This document shows positions 1-7,594 of a DNA stretch of 28,867 bases, one piece after another (positions within the stretch are counted from its first letter, which is position 1; every line of letters begins with the position of its first letter). Location: the IMG/VR virus record IMGVR_UViG_3300017784_005241, positions 1 through 28,867 of that record. One strand, given 5' to 3'. This DNA comes from a virus (taxonomy: Duplodnaviria; Caudoviricetes). The translations under genes were made by a program, and so were the position numbers. Below the pieces are notes generated by a model. The model had not been told where the DNA came from. It saw only the letters and a list, made by a program, of their open reading frames with translations, and did no database searches.

Positions 1-238
1 TGAGGTCGGCTTTAAGGTTATCGATAATTTCCTCTGAACCTTGAATTATCTGAATGTCGCCCTTATCGTCTTCAATTACAAGACACGGTATATTACGAAT
101 AGAATGTTTCCGAAACCATGGAATATCATCAGGATTTGATGAATCTTTAAACACAGGAGTGATACCCATTCTAGTTAATCTTGCCTTGAGAACATGACAC
201 GGTCCGCATGTTTTTGATGTTGCTACTATTTTTTCCAT
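1..238 (-). CDS. Thioredoxin/glutaredoxin-like protein (3' end runs off window)
   Basis: Not in ORF track. ATG at 238 reads MEKIVATSKTCGPCHVLKARL...SIRNIPCLVIEDDKG..IQG: CGPC active-site motif and cis-Pro-like IPCLVI segment of the thioredoxin fold. Confidence 0.85.
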   Translation of the reverse strand, partial: MEKIVATSKTCGPCHVLKARLTRMGITPVFKDSSNPDDIPWFRKHSIRNIPCLVIEDDKGDIQIIQGSEEIIDNLKADL

Positions 239-945
239 AAATTGTGTTGTTCTACTTTATAATTGTGTTCAACGAGTTCCATAATATTAACAATTCTTGA
301 TATACATCCATTATTTTTCGCAAGAGCACTCTCATGAAAGTGGCCGCAATAATGTTTTTTCGGCTTTGTTAAATTAATAAGTTTATCTATTGTAGCGCGT
401 TCTTCAACGCACTCCGACCACAACGATTCATCTATATCAGAGTAGTGTTTGATCCCTGTCTTATCTGTTGGTCCAATCCAGCTAGGAGCTGTATGAGTAA
501 TAAGTACATCGCATTGCTCGACCTTACTCTCGTCTAACACGAGCACTTCATTAGGCCACCATGACTTATGAATAGTGCGACTTTTTCTATCGATACTTAC
601 AGCACCTCCAACGAACAGAAAGTGTTCACCGTTAATATTCATTAGAGTATAATCAGGTAGCAATTTGAGATTACTTAAGTTATGCGATCCATCGAAGTAG
701 GCTGGGTCATCGTGATTACCTCTAATTGCATACATCACAATGTTGCGCTCAGCTAACATATCGTTAATAACTTGCAGTGAACCAACCTCTAACTTTTTAA
801 TACCTCTAAAGCCGATACCTACATCACCTACATGGCATATAACTGCATCACTACAGTTAATACGTTCAAGGTAGTTAAATAAGGTTGACCACTCGCCGTG
901 CGTGTCGCCAAGGACAAGCAGTAAATTTGTTTTAACTGTCTCCAT
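226..945 (-). CDS. Calcineurin-like metallophosphoesterase
   Basis: Motifs GDTHG, HVGDVG, RGNHD, ITH, CGHFH in canonical order. Confidence 0.9.
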   Translation of the reverse strand: METVKTNLLLVLGDTHGEWSTLFNYLERINCSDAVICHVGDVGIGFRGIKKLEVGSLQVINDMLAERNIVMYAIRGNHDDPAYFDGSHNLSNLKLLPDYTLMNINGEHFLFVGGAVSIDRKSRTIHKSWWPNEVLVLDESKVEQCDVLITHTAPSWIGPTDKTGIKHYSDIDESLWSECVEERATIDKLINLTKPKKHYCGHFHESALAKNNGCISRIVNIMELVEHNYKVEQHNLWKK

Positions 946-950
946 CTTTA

Positions 951-967
951 TTATTATAATGTAGTTC
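951..967 (-). promoter_or_regulatory. TATAAT -10 element within motif GAACTACATTATAATAA
   Basis: TATAAT at 958-953, 7 nt before ATG 945; 15/17 identical to the motif at 1673-1689. Confidence 0.5.
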
Positions 968-968
968 G

Positions 969-1211
969 TTAACTACACGTATTCTTGCTAAAGTTTTTCA
1001 CTGCACTACGCGCGCCATTAGGTTGAAAGCGTGATTTATTCTCATTCCACACACTATGAGAAAGGATCTCAATTTCGCCACCAACTTTACCAGTATACAC
1101 CATACGACCTTTCGGCCGAGTATCTGGTTGCTGAAATGCGCAAATTCGACATACAGTTAGCGATAGCTCTAAACGAGCTTCTTCAATTTTATTTCCACAG
1201 TTACAGTACAT
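969..1211 (-). CDS. DksA/TraR-type C4 zinc-finger protein
   Basis: N-terminal CNCGNKIEEARLELSLTVCRIC resembles the CxxCGxxIxxxRL...CxxC finger; no DksA coiled coil. Confidence 0.6.
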   Translation of the reverse strand: MYCNCGNKIEEARLELSLTVCRICAFQQPDTRPKGRMVYTGKVGGEIEILSHSVWNENKSRFQPNGARSAVKNFSKNTCS

Positions 1212-1217
1212 ATTTTT

Positions 1218-1406
1218 TTAAATTGTGTTATTTTCGTAAGCCCATTGCATTATTTCATAATGGAATTCTTTCTCTGATAGATTTTGCTTAACCTGTATAA
1301 GAGCTATAGGCTCTACACCTTTAGTCTCGCAATACACTTCTATCTTATTCATCTGAGCATCAAGTTTAAATCGATACTTACCAATAATACTCTCGTATTC
1401 TTTCAT
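1218..1406 (-). CDS. Hypothetical protein
   Basis: 62-aa ORF packed in the minus-strand gene run. Confidence 0.7.
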   Translation of the reverse strand: MKEYESIIGKYRFKLDAQMNKIEVYCETKGVEPIALIQVKQNLSEKEFHYEIMQWAYENNTI

Positions 1407-1411
1407 CTTGT

Positions 1412-1666
1412 TTATTCGCCGTGTAAAAAATAATATTTAGGTTCAATATAATCGCTCTGCAAAAAGAGATTAATTAAGAAACTTTTTTGCAACTCGTTCA
1501 TAGGAGAGGCCTGCAATTTACTAGCCGCATCAGTAATATATCTTATGACATCATTAAATATAGCAACTTTTTTCTCAGTATCAACTGTATAGATATAATC
1601 ATACACTACACCTTTTTGCTCTGAATCATTTACGTCAACGGTAGATATTAATCTTACAAGTCTCAT
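1412..1666 (-). CDS. Hypothetical protein
   Basis: 84-aa ORF with TATAAT 8 nt upstream of ATG. Confidence 0.7.
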   Translation of the reverse strand: MRLVRLISTVDVNDSEQKGVVYDYIYTVDTEKKVAIFNDVIRYITDAASKLQASPMNELQKSFLINLFLQSDYIEPKYYFLHGE

Positions 1667-1672
1667 TACAAC

Positions 1673-1689
1673 TTATTATAACGAAGTTC
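1673..1689 (-). promoter_or_regulatory. TATAAT -10 element within motif GAACTTCGTTATAATAA
   Basis: TATAAT at 1680-1675, 8 nt before ATG 1666. Confidence 0.5.
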
Positions 1690-1690
1690 A

Positions 1691-2674
1691 TTATAAGCAA
1701 CCAGATGTAAGTTTTGCCGCATAAAACTCAACAACCTTCGTCATTGCCGCATAAAAGTCTTGCTGCGCATTAATCGATCTAATATCATTATAGTTTGTTT
1801 CGAGCATGTAGCATAGATCGTGACCTGGTCGATCCGCCACAAATTCAATATATTCCTCTTGTTTATATTCTGGAAACTTATCCTCAATAATACCAACAAT
1901 AACATTAATAAGCTCTAAGTTAGTTAATCTCTCTACACCTGGAATATTGTACACCCACTCTTGATAGTCGTTAAACGCTACTTCAATAATTGCTTTAGCG
2001 TGGTCTTTTACATAAATCCACTCTCTAACATTATTTCCTTGACCATAAACTGGTATTTTGTTACCTGCAATAATGCTACGTAAAATGGTAGGAATAAACT
2101 TCTCATCAAATTGTCTTTCACCATAATTATTACAGCAACGCGTAACAGTGATATCTAGATTGTATGTGTTTCTATATGATAATGCAATTAGATCAGAAGA
2201 TGCTTTAGAAGAGGAATAAGGCGAACGCGGATCGAGATGAGTATCTTCATTGAAGGGCTTATCTGCGATCGACGTTAAGTGGCCATATACTTCATCAGTA
2301 GATACATGAACAAACTTAGCGCCAGGTGCAAATTGTCGCAACCCTTCAAGTAATACTGCTGTACCAACAACATTCGTCTCTACAAATGACATCGGTGTAG
2401 TAATTGAACGATCTACATGAGATTGTGCAGCAAGATGAAGAATATGAGTAGGTTTAAACGACTTAATAATACTATGAACAGTACCCTCTTTCGCGATATC
2501 CGCTACAAAATGAACCAATCGATCGTCATAAGCCACATTTTCTGTGTTAGAGCCAATAGATAGATTATCGATATTTGCAATAGCTTCAATATCTCCTCGA
2601 TTAAGTAGCTCTTCAATTACATGAGAACCAATAAATCCAAATCCTCCTGTTACAATTATTCTTTTTTTATACAT
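1691..2674 (-). CDS. rmlB: dTDP-glucose 4,6-dehydratase
   Basis: VTGGFGFIGS, HLAAQSHVDRSI, STDEVYG, PYSSSK, NNYG, VREWIYVKDH, DRPGHD. Confidence 0.95.
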   Translation of the reverse strand: MYKKRIIVTGGFGFIGSHVIEELLNRGDIEAIANIDNLSIGSNTENVAYDDRLVHFVADIAKEGTVHSIIKSFKPTHILHLAAQSHVDRSITTPMSFVETNVVGTAVLLEGLRQFAPGAKFVHVSTDEVYGHLTSIADKPFNEDTHLDPRSPYSSSKASSDLIALSYRNTYNLDITVTRCCNNYGERQFDEKFIPTILRSIIAGNKIPVYGQGNNVREWIYVKDHAKAIIEVAFNDYQEWVYNIPGVERLTNLELINVIVGIIEDKFPEYKQEEYIEFVADRPGHDLCYMLETNYNDIRSINAQQDFYAAMTKVVEFYAAKLTSGCL

Positions 2675-3402
2675 TAGCTTAGTCCTATTATACGTGTCGT
2701 TCTGTGTTCAATCGCCTCTATTAAGTTAGCGCATTCTAGTAAGTCTTGATGAGTGCCGCAGTCAAACCAAAATCCGTCAAGCGGTTTAATCTTTACATTC
2801 TCAATGTTATTTAAGTTCCTTATTAAGTCAACAATTTCTAGTTCGCCACGAGCTGATGGTGTTAGTTCCTTAGCGAGCCTTACAGCTTCGTTAGTAAAGG
2901 AGTATAACCCTACAACAGCATTTGTTGACACAAATTCTTTTGGTTTCTCGACAATCCTTTTGAGTCGACCATCTTCTACATCTACAACACCATATGCAGT
3001 AGGGTCCTTCACCTGATATGTAAATATAGTGTTTGGTTCAGAACTAATCGGAGCGTTTAAGATAAACACATTGTCACCAAGTATTAAGACAACATCACTA
3101 TCACCTATAAACTTCTCTCCAATAATAAACGCCTCCGGTAAACCATTCGGCTCAGATTGTATCGTGTAAGATAAATTTAACCCATACTGACTACCGTCTT
3201 TAAGTTGTGATTGAAAAAGCCTGCATTGCGTCTCATCTGCAGTAATAATTAGTATATCAATAATACCCATATCCTTCAGTGTCTGAAGAGGGTAGTATAT
3301 CATAGGCTTATTATATACCGGTAGTAATTGCTTACTAATACAGTGTGTTAAAGGGTAGAGACGAGTACCCTTACCTCCTGCGAGGACAATACCTTTTGTC
3401 AT
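2674..3402 (-). CDS. rmlA: Glucose-1-phosphate thymidylyltransferase (short, 242 aa)
   Basis: GIVLAGGKGTRLYPLT, SKQLLPVYNKPMIYYPL, LGDN, EKP, PSARGELEI, WFDCGT. Confidence 0.95.
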   Translation of the reverse strand: MTKGIVLAGGKGTRLYPLTHCISKQLLPVYNKPMIYYPLQTLKDMGIIDILIITADETQCRLFQSQLKDGSQYGLNLSYTIQSEPNGLPEAFIIGEKFIGDSDVVLILGDNVFILNAPISSEPNTIFTYQVKDPTAYGVVDVEDGRLKRIVEKPKEFVSTNAVVGLYSFTNEAVRLAKELTPSARGELEIVDLIRNLNNIENVKIKPLDGFWFDCGTHQDLLECANLIEAIEHRTTRIIGLS

Positions 3403-4259
3403 TATGCTTGTGATATAGTTGATAATGCTTCGTTAAGAGCAGATTCTTCTGTTTGCAGATAAAATTCTGGAAACAGTTTATTGAGCTTGTCTATAGATAG
3501 TATGCAGTTTGACCTACCTGCTTTTGTATTGATATCCTCTACACTATCAACGAATACTTTCTCGCTTGCGTTGATTAGATCGTAATTATCAAGTTTTCGT
3601 ACAATAGCCTTTGTTGATTGCGGCTTAGTATTAACAAAGTTAAGAGGACCTATATTATTAACATAGACTTCTTTATCGATAATGTATTGAATAAAGCTAC
3701 ACACATCAGGTAGATATGTTTTTGAGTTTACTAAATTAAGAAGTGTATCATACTTAATCAACTTACTCAGATAATTACGGTCACTTAGATACGGTGTAAA
3801 AGGCATTCTGACTCTAAGTGTTAAACCTGTAGTAGTTAAAATCTCGTAAAGATGCTTTGTTTTCGAATAGAAAGAAGATGCGCTACTATAAAAACCGAAA
3901 TCAGGTACATCTCCCTCTGTATACAGTTTCTCATATCCGTTGTATATACAGCCAGAAGAGATATGAATATAATTTACATCAAGCGCTTTGCATGATTCCG
4001 CAATCTTAAGAGGTACAAATACATTAAGTAGTGAACACTCTTCCTTTCTATCTTCACACTCATCGACATTCGGTCTACCCGTAAAGCCAGAACAATTAAC
4101 AACATACTTAATATTATTATTAGCAATATATTTTCTCAATATACCTTGATCGTGATAGTCTAACTCGTCACGCGATTTAAAATGAATACTACACCTTTGT
4201 AAGAGCCTGTTAATTTCACTACCAACATAGCCTTTACCTATAATTAAAACATTTAACAT
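3402..4259 (-). CDS. rmlD: RmlD-family SDR, NRS/ER-like bifunctional NDP-4-keto-6-deoxyglucose 3,5-epimerase/4-reductase
   Basis: GKGYVG, VNCSGFTGRPNVDECE, SSGCIY, SFYSKTK, TLRVRMP, RNYLSKL. Start moved to ATG 4259 (MLNVLIIG), 6 nt after a TATAAT. Confidence 0.85.
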   Translation of the reverse strand: MLNVLIIGKGYVGSEINRLLQRCSIHFKSRDELDYHDQGILRKYIANNNIKYVVNCSGFTGRPNVDECEDRKEECSLLNVFVPLKIAESCKALDVNYIHISSGCIYNGYEKLYTEGDVPDFGFYSSASSFYSKTKHLYEILTTTGLTLRVRMPFTPYLSDRNYLSKLIKYDTLLNLVNSKTYLPDVCSFIQYIIDKEVYVNNIGPLNFVNTKPQSTKAIVRKLDNYDLINASEKVFVDSVEDINTKAGRSNCILSIDKLNKLFPEFYLQTEESALNEALSTISQA

Positions 4260-4265
4260 AAAACA

Positions 4266-4292
4266 ATTATAACTATAATTCAAAAAAATCAA
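4266..4292 (-). promoter_or_regulatory. Sigma70-like promoter for rhamnose genes
   Basis: TTGATT-N15-TATAAT-N6-ATG; spacer is short. Confidence 0.5.
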
Positions 4293-4293
4293 C

Positions 4294-4509
4294 TCATAAA
4301 TTTTCCCTTATATAATCAATAATATCATTATAATTACATTCGGTATTTTCTGAAATTGCATACTCTATTTGCTCTTTAAATAACACAGACATTTCAGCTA
4401 GCTCTTCATCATCAATATCAAGCTCAAGCAATGACGAGATATCATCAACTGTGTCTTGTATTTTTTCGATATAACTCTCTAATTTCTTTAAAACTACTTC
4501 TTTTTTCAT
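4294..4509 (-). CDS. Small acidic hypothetical protein
   Basis: 71 aa, ATGA overlap with the upstream nuclease stop. Confidence 0.7.
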   Translation of the reverse strand: MKKEVVLKKLESYIEKIQDTVDDISSLLELDIDDEELAEMSVLFKEQIEYAISENTECNYNDIIDYIRENL

Positions 4510-5198
4510 TTACAGCTATTTAGTCTGTAATGCTCGAGTATATTAATAATATCAGTTTTTAAATAATTAAAATGGTATGGTACGATTTTATCGGCCTTTA
4601 GATAGAAGGATACGAGCTTTCTACACTTCTTACCTGTGATAAGCTCGTGCATATATGCATAGAGAGATAATTGAAGTGCATAAACAGTAAACTGACTATA
4701 CATTATATGAGACACAGGATCTAATAGATATTCATCATATTTGTTCTCAAACTTAAACTCTTTGTTTGTTTTAAAGTCTGCGACCGTAAATGTATCGCCA
4801 TGATCATAAATCAGATCTGATGTACCTGCTATTTTATACTCGTGATTATGTAGCATATACTCTGTATAGACTTTATTGAACTTACTAATAGTTTCTGCAC
4901 ACACATTTTCGTACGTACTATACAACCATCCATAGGAACTATCAGCTATACCTTCACCGATGTAATCTTCAAGCGTTTCGTGGATTTTAGTACCTCTCTC
5001 GTTCGCATTATCGTTTTGCTGCTTCCATATATTAAGTATAAACTCTTTTGATACACCTTCCCGCTTTGCGACTCTCTCTGCATGATAATCAGAATCAAAT
5101 GGCTTTACATACTTACCTAGTAGTGTAGTTACAGAAATATACTTCTCATCTGTAATTACATTAGTATAGGTATGCGAATCTTTGTCAAATTTAACCAT
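4506..5198 (-). CDS. PD-(D/E)xK (RecB/Cas4-like) exonuclease
   Basis: ISVTTLL, RGTKIHETLE, IAGTSDL, VADFKT, YALQLSLYA. Confidence 0.85.
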   Translation of the reverse strand: MVKFDKDSHTYTNVITDEKYISVTTLLGKYVKPFDSDYHAERVAKREGVSKEFILNIWKQQNDNANERGTKIHETLEDYIGEGIADSSYGWLYSTYENVCAETISKFNKVYTEYMLHNHEYKIAGTSDLIYDHGDTFTVADFKTNKEFKFENKYDEYLLDPVSHIMYSQFTVYALQLSLYAYMHELITGKKCRKLVSFYLKADKIVPYHFNYLKTDIINILEHYRLNSCK

Positions 5199-5206
5199 CT
5201 AAGAAT

Positions 5207-5234
5207 ATTATAGCGTTAAAATGCAAAAGATCAA
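5207..5234 (-). promoter_or_regulatory. Sigma70-like promoter
   Basis: TTGATC-N16-TATAAT-N8-ATG(5198). Confidence 0.6.
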
Positions 5235-5240
5235 TAAATA
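5233..5240 (+). promoter_or_regulatory. T4-type late promoter (AATAAATA)
   Basis: TAAATA 5 nt before ATG 5246. Confidence 0.65.
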
Positions 5241-5245
5241 ATGTT

Positions 5246-6751
5246 ATGCCGAAAATTTCCGAACTACCAATCGCACAGCCTCTCTCGGGGAGTAACACTA
5301 TCGTTGTTGTACAGGGCGGGACAACCGTGCGTAGTGCTGTTAGTTCAATTTCAACGTATATTGTCAATAATTCACTAAGCGCATATGCTAGAACAAACTC
5401 CCTAAGTGCATATGCTACTAATAATTCATTAAGTGCATATGCTGCTCTTAGTGCCAAAAATACATTCACTGGTACGCAAACATTTGCTACAAGCGCGATC
5501 AACATAGGCAGTTTACCGATTAGCGCAACACGCGCTGATAGCTTTTTTGTCGGTAAGAATGCTGGTAGTGGTGCTACAGGTGCAAATAATTCTAATTTCT
5601 TAGGTAATGGTGCTGGTAATCTTGCTACAAATGCAGGTGGTTCCAATTTCATAGGGTATAAAGCTGGTCATAGTGCTTCAAGTGCAAATAGTTCCAATTT
5701 CTTAGGGTTTTATGCTGGTAATGGTGCTACAACTGCATTTAATTCTAATTTCTTAGGTGAGAGTGCTGGTCTTAGTGCTACAGGTGCGTCTAATTCAAAT
5801 TTCTTAGGTAATGGTGCTGGTAATGGTGCTACAGGTGCGTCTAATTCAAATTTCTTAGGTTATAATGCTGGTAATTTTGCTACAAGTGCAACTAATTCCA
5901 ATTTCTTAGGGACGAATGCTGGTGATAGTGCTACAACTGCAACTAATTCCAATTTCTTAGGATATAATGCTGGTCTTAATGCTACAACTGCAAATAATTC
6001 CAATTTCTTAGGGCGGAATGCTGGTGATGGTGCTTACACTGCAAGTTTTTCCAATTTCTTAGGATATAAAGCTGGTAAGAATGCTGAATTTGCAAATGAC
6101 TCTAATTTCTTTGGTCAGTTAGCTGGTTATGGTGCTACATATGGAAGTAATTCCAATTTTTTAGGTAAACGCGCTGGTCATAGTGCTTCAAGTGTAAATA
6201 ATTCTAATTTCTTAGGGTATAAAGCTGGTGATGGTGCTACAAGTGCAAATAGTTCTAATTTCTTAGGATCTTATGCTGGTCTTAATGCTACAACTGCAGC
6301 TAATTCCAATTTCTTAGGTAAACGCGCTGGTCATAGTGCTACAAGTGCAAGTTTTTCCAATTTCTTAGGATATAAAGCTGGCGATGGAGCTACAAGTGCA
6401 AATAGTTCTAATTTCTTAGGATATAAAGCTGGTCTTAGTGCTACAAGTGCAAATAGTTCTAATTTCTTAGGGCGGAATGCTGGTAGTAGTGCGACAAATG
6501 CGAATAATTCTATTTTTATAGGGCTTAATGCTGGTAGTAGTGCGACAAATGCAAATAATTCTATCTTTATTGGTTCTAATTCTGGAGCATCTTTATCTGG
6601 TTGTATTGCTTTAGGCACTGGTGCTGTCCCTACCGCACGTAATCAATTTGTTCTTGGATCATCGTCAGTTCCGCTATCAACAACAGCCGATGGTTCTTTG
6701 GTTGTAAATGTAAACGGTGTCCTTAAAAAGATAGCTTTGCTTTCTGTCTAA
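5246..6751 (+). CDS. Putative fibre/adhesin-like virion protein with beta-solenoid repeats
   Basis: N-terminal KISELP..VVVQGGTT segment of the kind seen in phage fibre proteins; 20 x 17-aa SNFLGxxAGxxATxAxx repeats; late promoter. Confidence 0.7.
   Translation: MPKISELPIAQPLSGSNTIVVVQGGTTVRSAVSSISTYIVNNSLSAYARTNSLSAYATNNSLSAYAALSAKNTFTGTQTFATSAINIGSLPISATRADSFFVGKNAGSGATGANNSNFLGNGAGNLATNAGGSNFIGYKAGHSASSANSSNFLGFYAGNGATTAFNSNFLGESAGLSATGASNSNFLGNGAGNGATGASNSNFLGYNAGNFATSATNSNFLGTNAGDSATTATNSNFLGYNAGLNATTANNSNFLGRNAGDGAYTASFSNFLGYKAGKNAEFANDSNFFGQLAGYGATYGSNSNFLGKRAGHSASSVNNSNFLGYKAGDGATSANSSNFLGSYAGLNATTAANSNFLGKRAGHSATSASFSNFLGYKAGDGATSANSSNFLGYKAGLSATSANSSNFLGRNAGSSATNANNSIFIGLNAGSSATNANNSIFIGSNSGASLSGCIALGTGAVPTARNQFVLGSSSVPLSTTADGSLVVNVNGVLKKIALLSV
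5366..5446 (+). repeat. 3 x 27-bp coding repeat (xNSLSAYAx)
   Basis: NNSLSAYAR/TNSLSAYAT/NNSLSAYAA. Confidence 0.9.
5540..6559 (+). repeat. 20 x 51-bp in-frame tandem repeat
   Basis: Core TC(C/T/A)AATTTCTTAGG..GCTGGT recurs at exactly 51-nt spacing; a partial 21st unit follows. Confidence 0.95.
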
Positions 6752-6769
6752 TTCAGACTAAATCTTGAG

Positions 6770-7561
6770 ATGAAAGAAATATTTTTTGTTGGTGGTCTAC
6801 CAAGATCTGGTAGCACACTACTCATGAACTTATTGGCACAGAATGAAAATGTATTCTGTACCCCTACTTCTGGATTACCAAATTTATTAAACAGTATTAA
6901 GGTTTCTTGGTCTAACATACTGGAACACCGTGCTGATAAAAATGCTTCTGCTGACGAAAATTTGAAAAGAATACTCAATACGATTCTTTATAATTATCAC
7001 AACACCGATAAACCATTTATCTTTGATAAATCGAGAGCATGGGGTCATAATATAGAGATGATCGAAGCGATAACAGGTAAAAAAGTTAAAATTATCGCTC
7101 CTGTAAGAGATATAAAAGATGTTTTAGCTTCTTTCGAGTCTTTATACAGAAAAGGTTCGTATAAATTTCCACCTCAAGGTCCGATGCCTCAATGTGTGAC
7201 AACTCAAGGTAGGGTTCAACACTGGGGTAGCTTAGAAGGTGAAGTCGGAGCAGCATATGCAATTCTAAAAGATGCATTTTTAAGAGGTTATAGCGATAGG
7301 TTTCTTTTGATTGATTACGATTACCTTACACACAATCCAAAATATGTTATGGATAGAGTTTGGGAATTTTTGGATATTCCTAAAATTGAACACGATTTTA
7401 ATAATATAGTCAATAAAACACCAGAGGACGATACAGTATATAATTACATCGATTTACATACAATAAAAAATTCTATCATACCTTCAATATCTAAAGCAAA
7501 TGAGATTTTGGGAGAAGATATATGTAAAACATTAAAAGGCTATGAGTTTTGGAAAGAGTAG
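6770..7561 (+). CDS. PAPS-dependent sulfotransferase family protein
   Basis: 5'-PSB loop GLPRSGSTLL, DKSR, 3'-PB motif RDIKDVLASF, YDYLTHNP..V..FL. Confidence 0.85.
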   Translation: MKEIFFVGGLPRSGSTLLMNLLAQNENVFCTPTSGLPNLLNSIKVSWSNILEHRADKNASADENLKRILNTILYNYHNTDKPFIFDKSRAWGHNIEMIEAITGKKVKIIAPVRDIKDVLASFESLYRKGSYKFPPQGPMPQCVTTQGRVQHWGSLEGEVGAAYAILKDAFLRGYSDRFLLIDYDYLTHNPKYVMDRVWEFLDIPKIEHDFNNIVNKTPEDDTVYNYIDLHTIKNSIIPSISKANEILGEDICKTLKGYEFWKE

Positions 7562-7580
7562 ACATATCATCACGTCTAAC

Positions 7581-7588
7581 TATAAATA
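7581..7588 (+). promoter_or_regulatory. T4-type late promoter TATAAATA
   Basis: Perfect consensus 6 nt before ATG 7595. Confidence 0.75.
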
Positions 7589-7594
7589 TCATAT

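Noticed and set aside
1691-4259. Rhamnose pathway as DNA hypermodification
   Set aside because: No hydroxymethylase, DNA glycosyltransferase or modified-base genes in the window; cannot be supported here, though not excluded.
4506-5198. Cas4 / CRISPR adaptation gene
   Set aside because: No four-Cys Fe-S motif and no other cas genes; stand-alone PD-(D/E)xK nucleases are common in phages.
5540-6559. CRISPR-like array of constant cores with variable intervals
   Set aside because: Period is exactly 51 nt and in frame, cores vary at synonymous positions, and intervals resemble each other; it is a coding repeat.
5191-6978. Minus-strand ORFs 5191-5652, 6331-6618, 6748-6978
   Set aside because: Antisense shadows of the repeat protein and the sulfotransferase.
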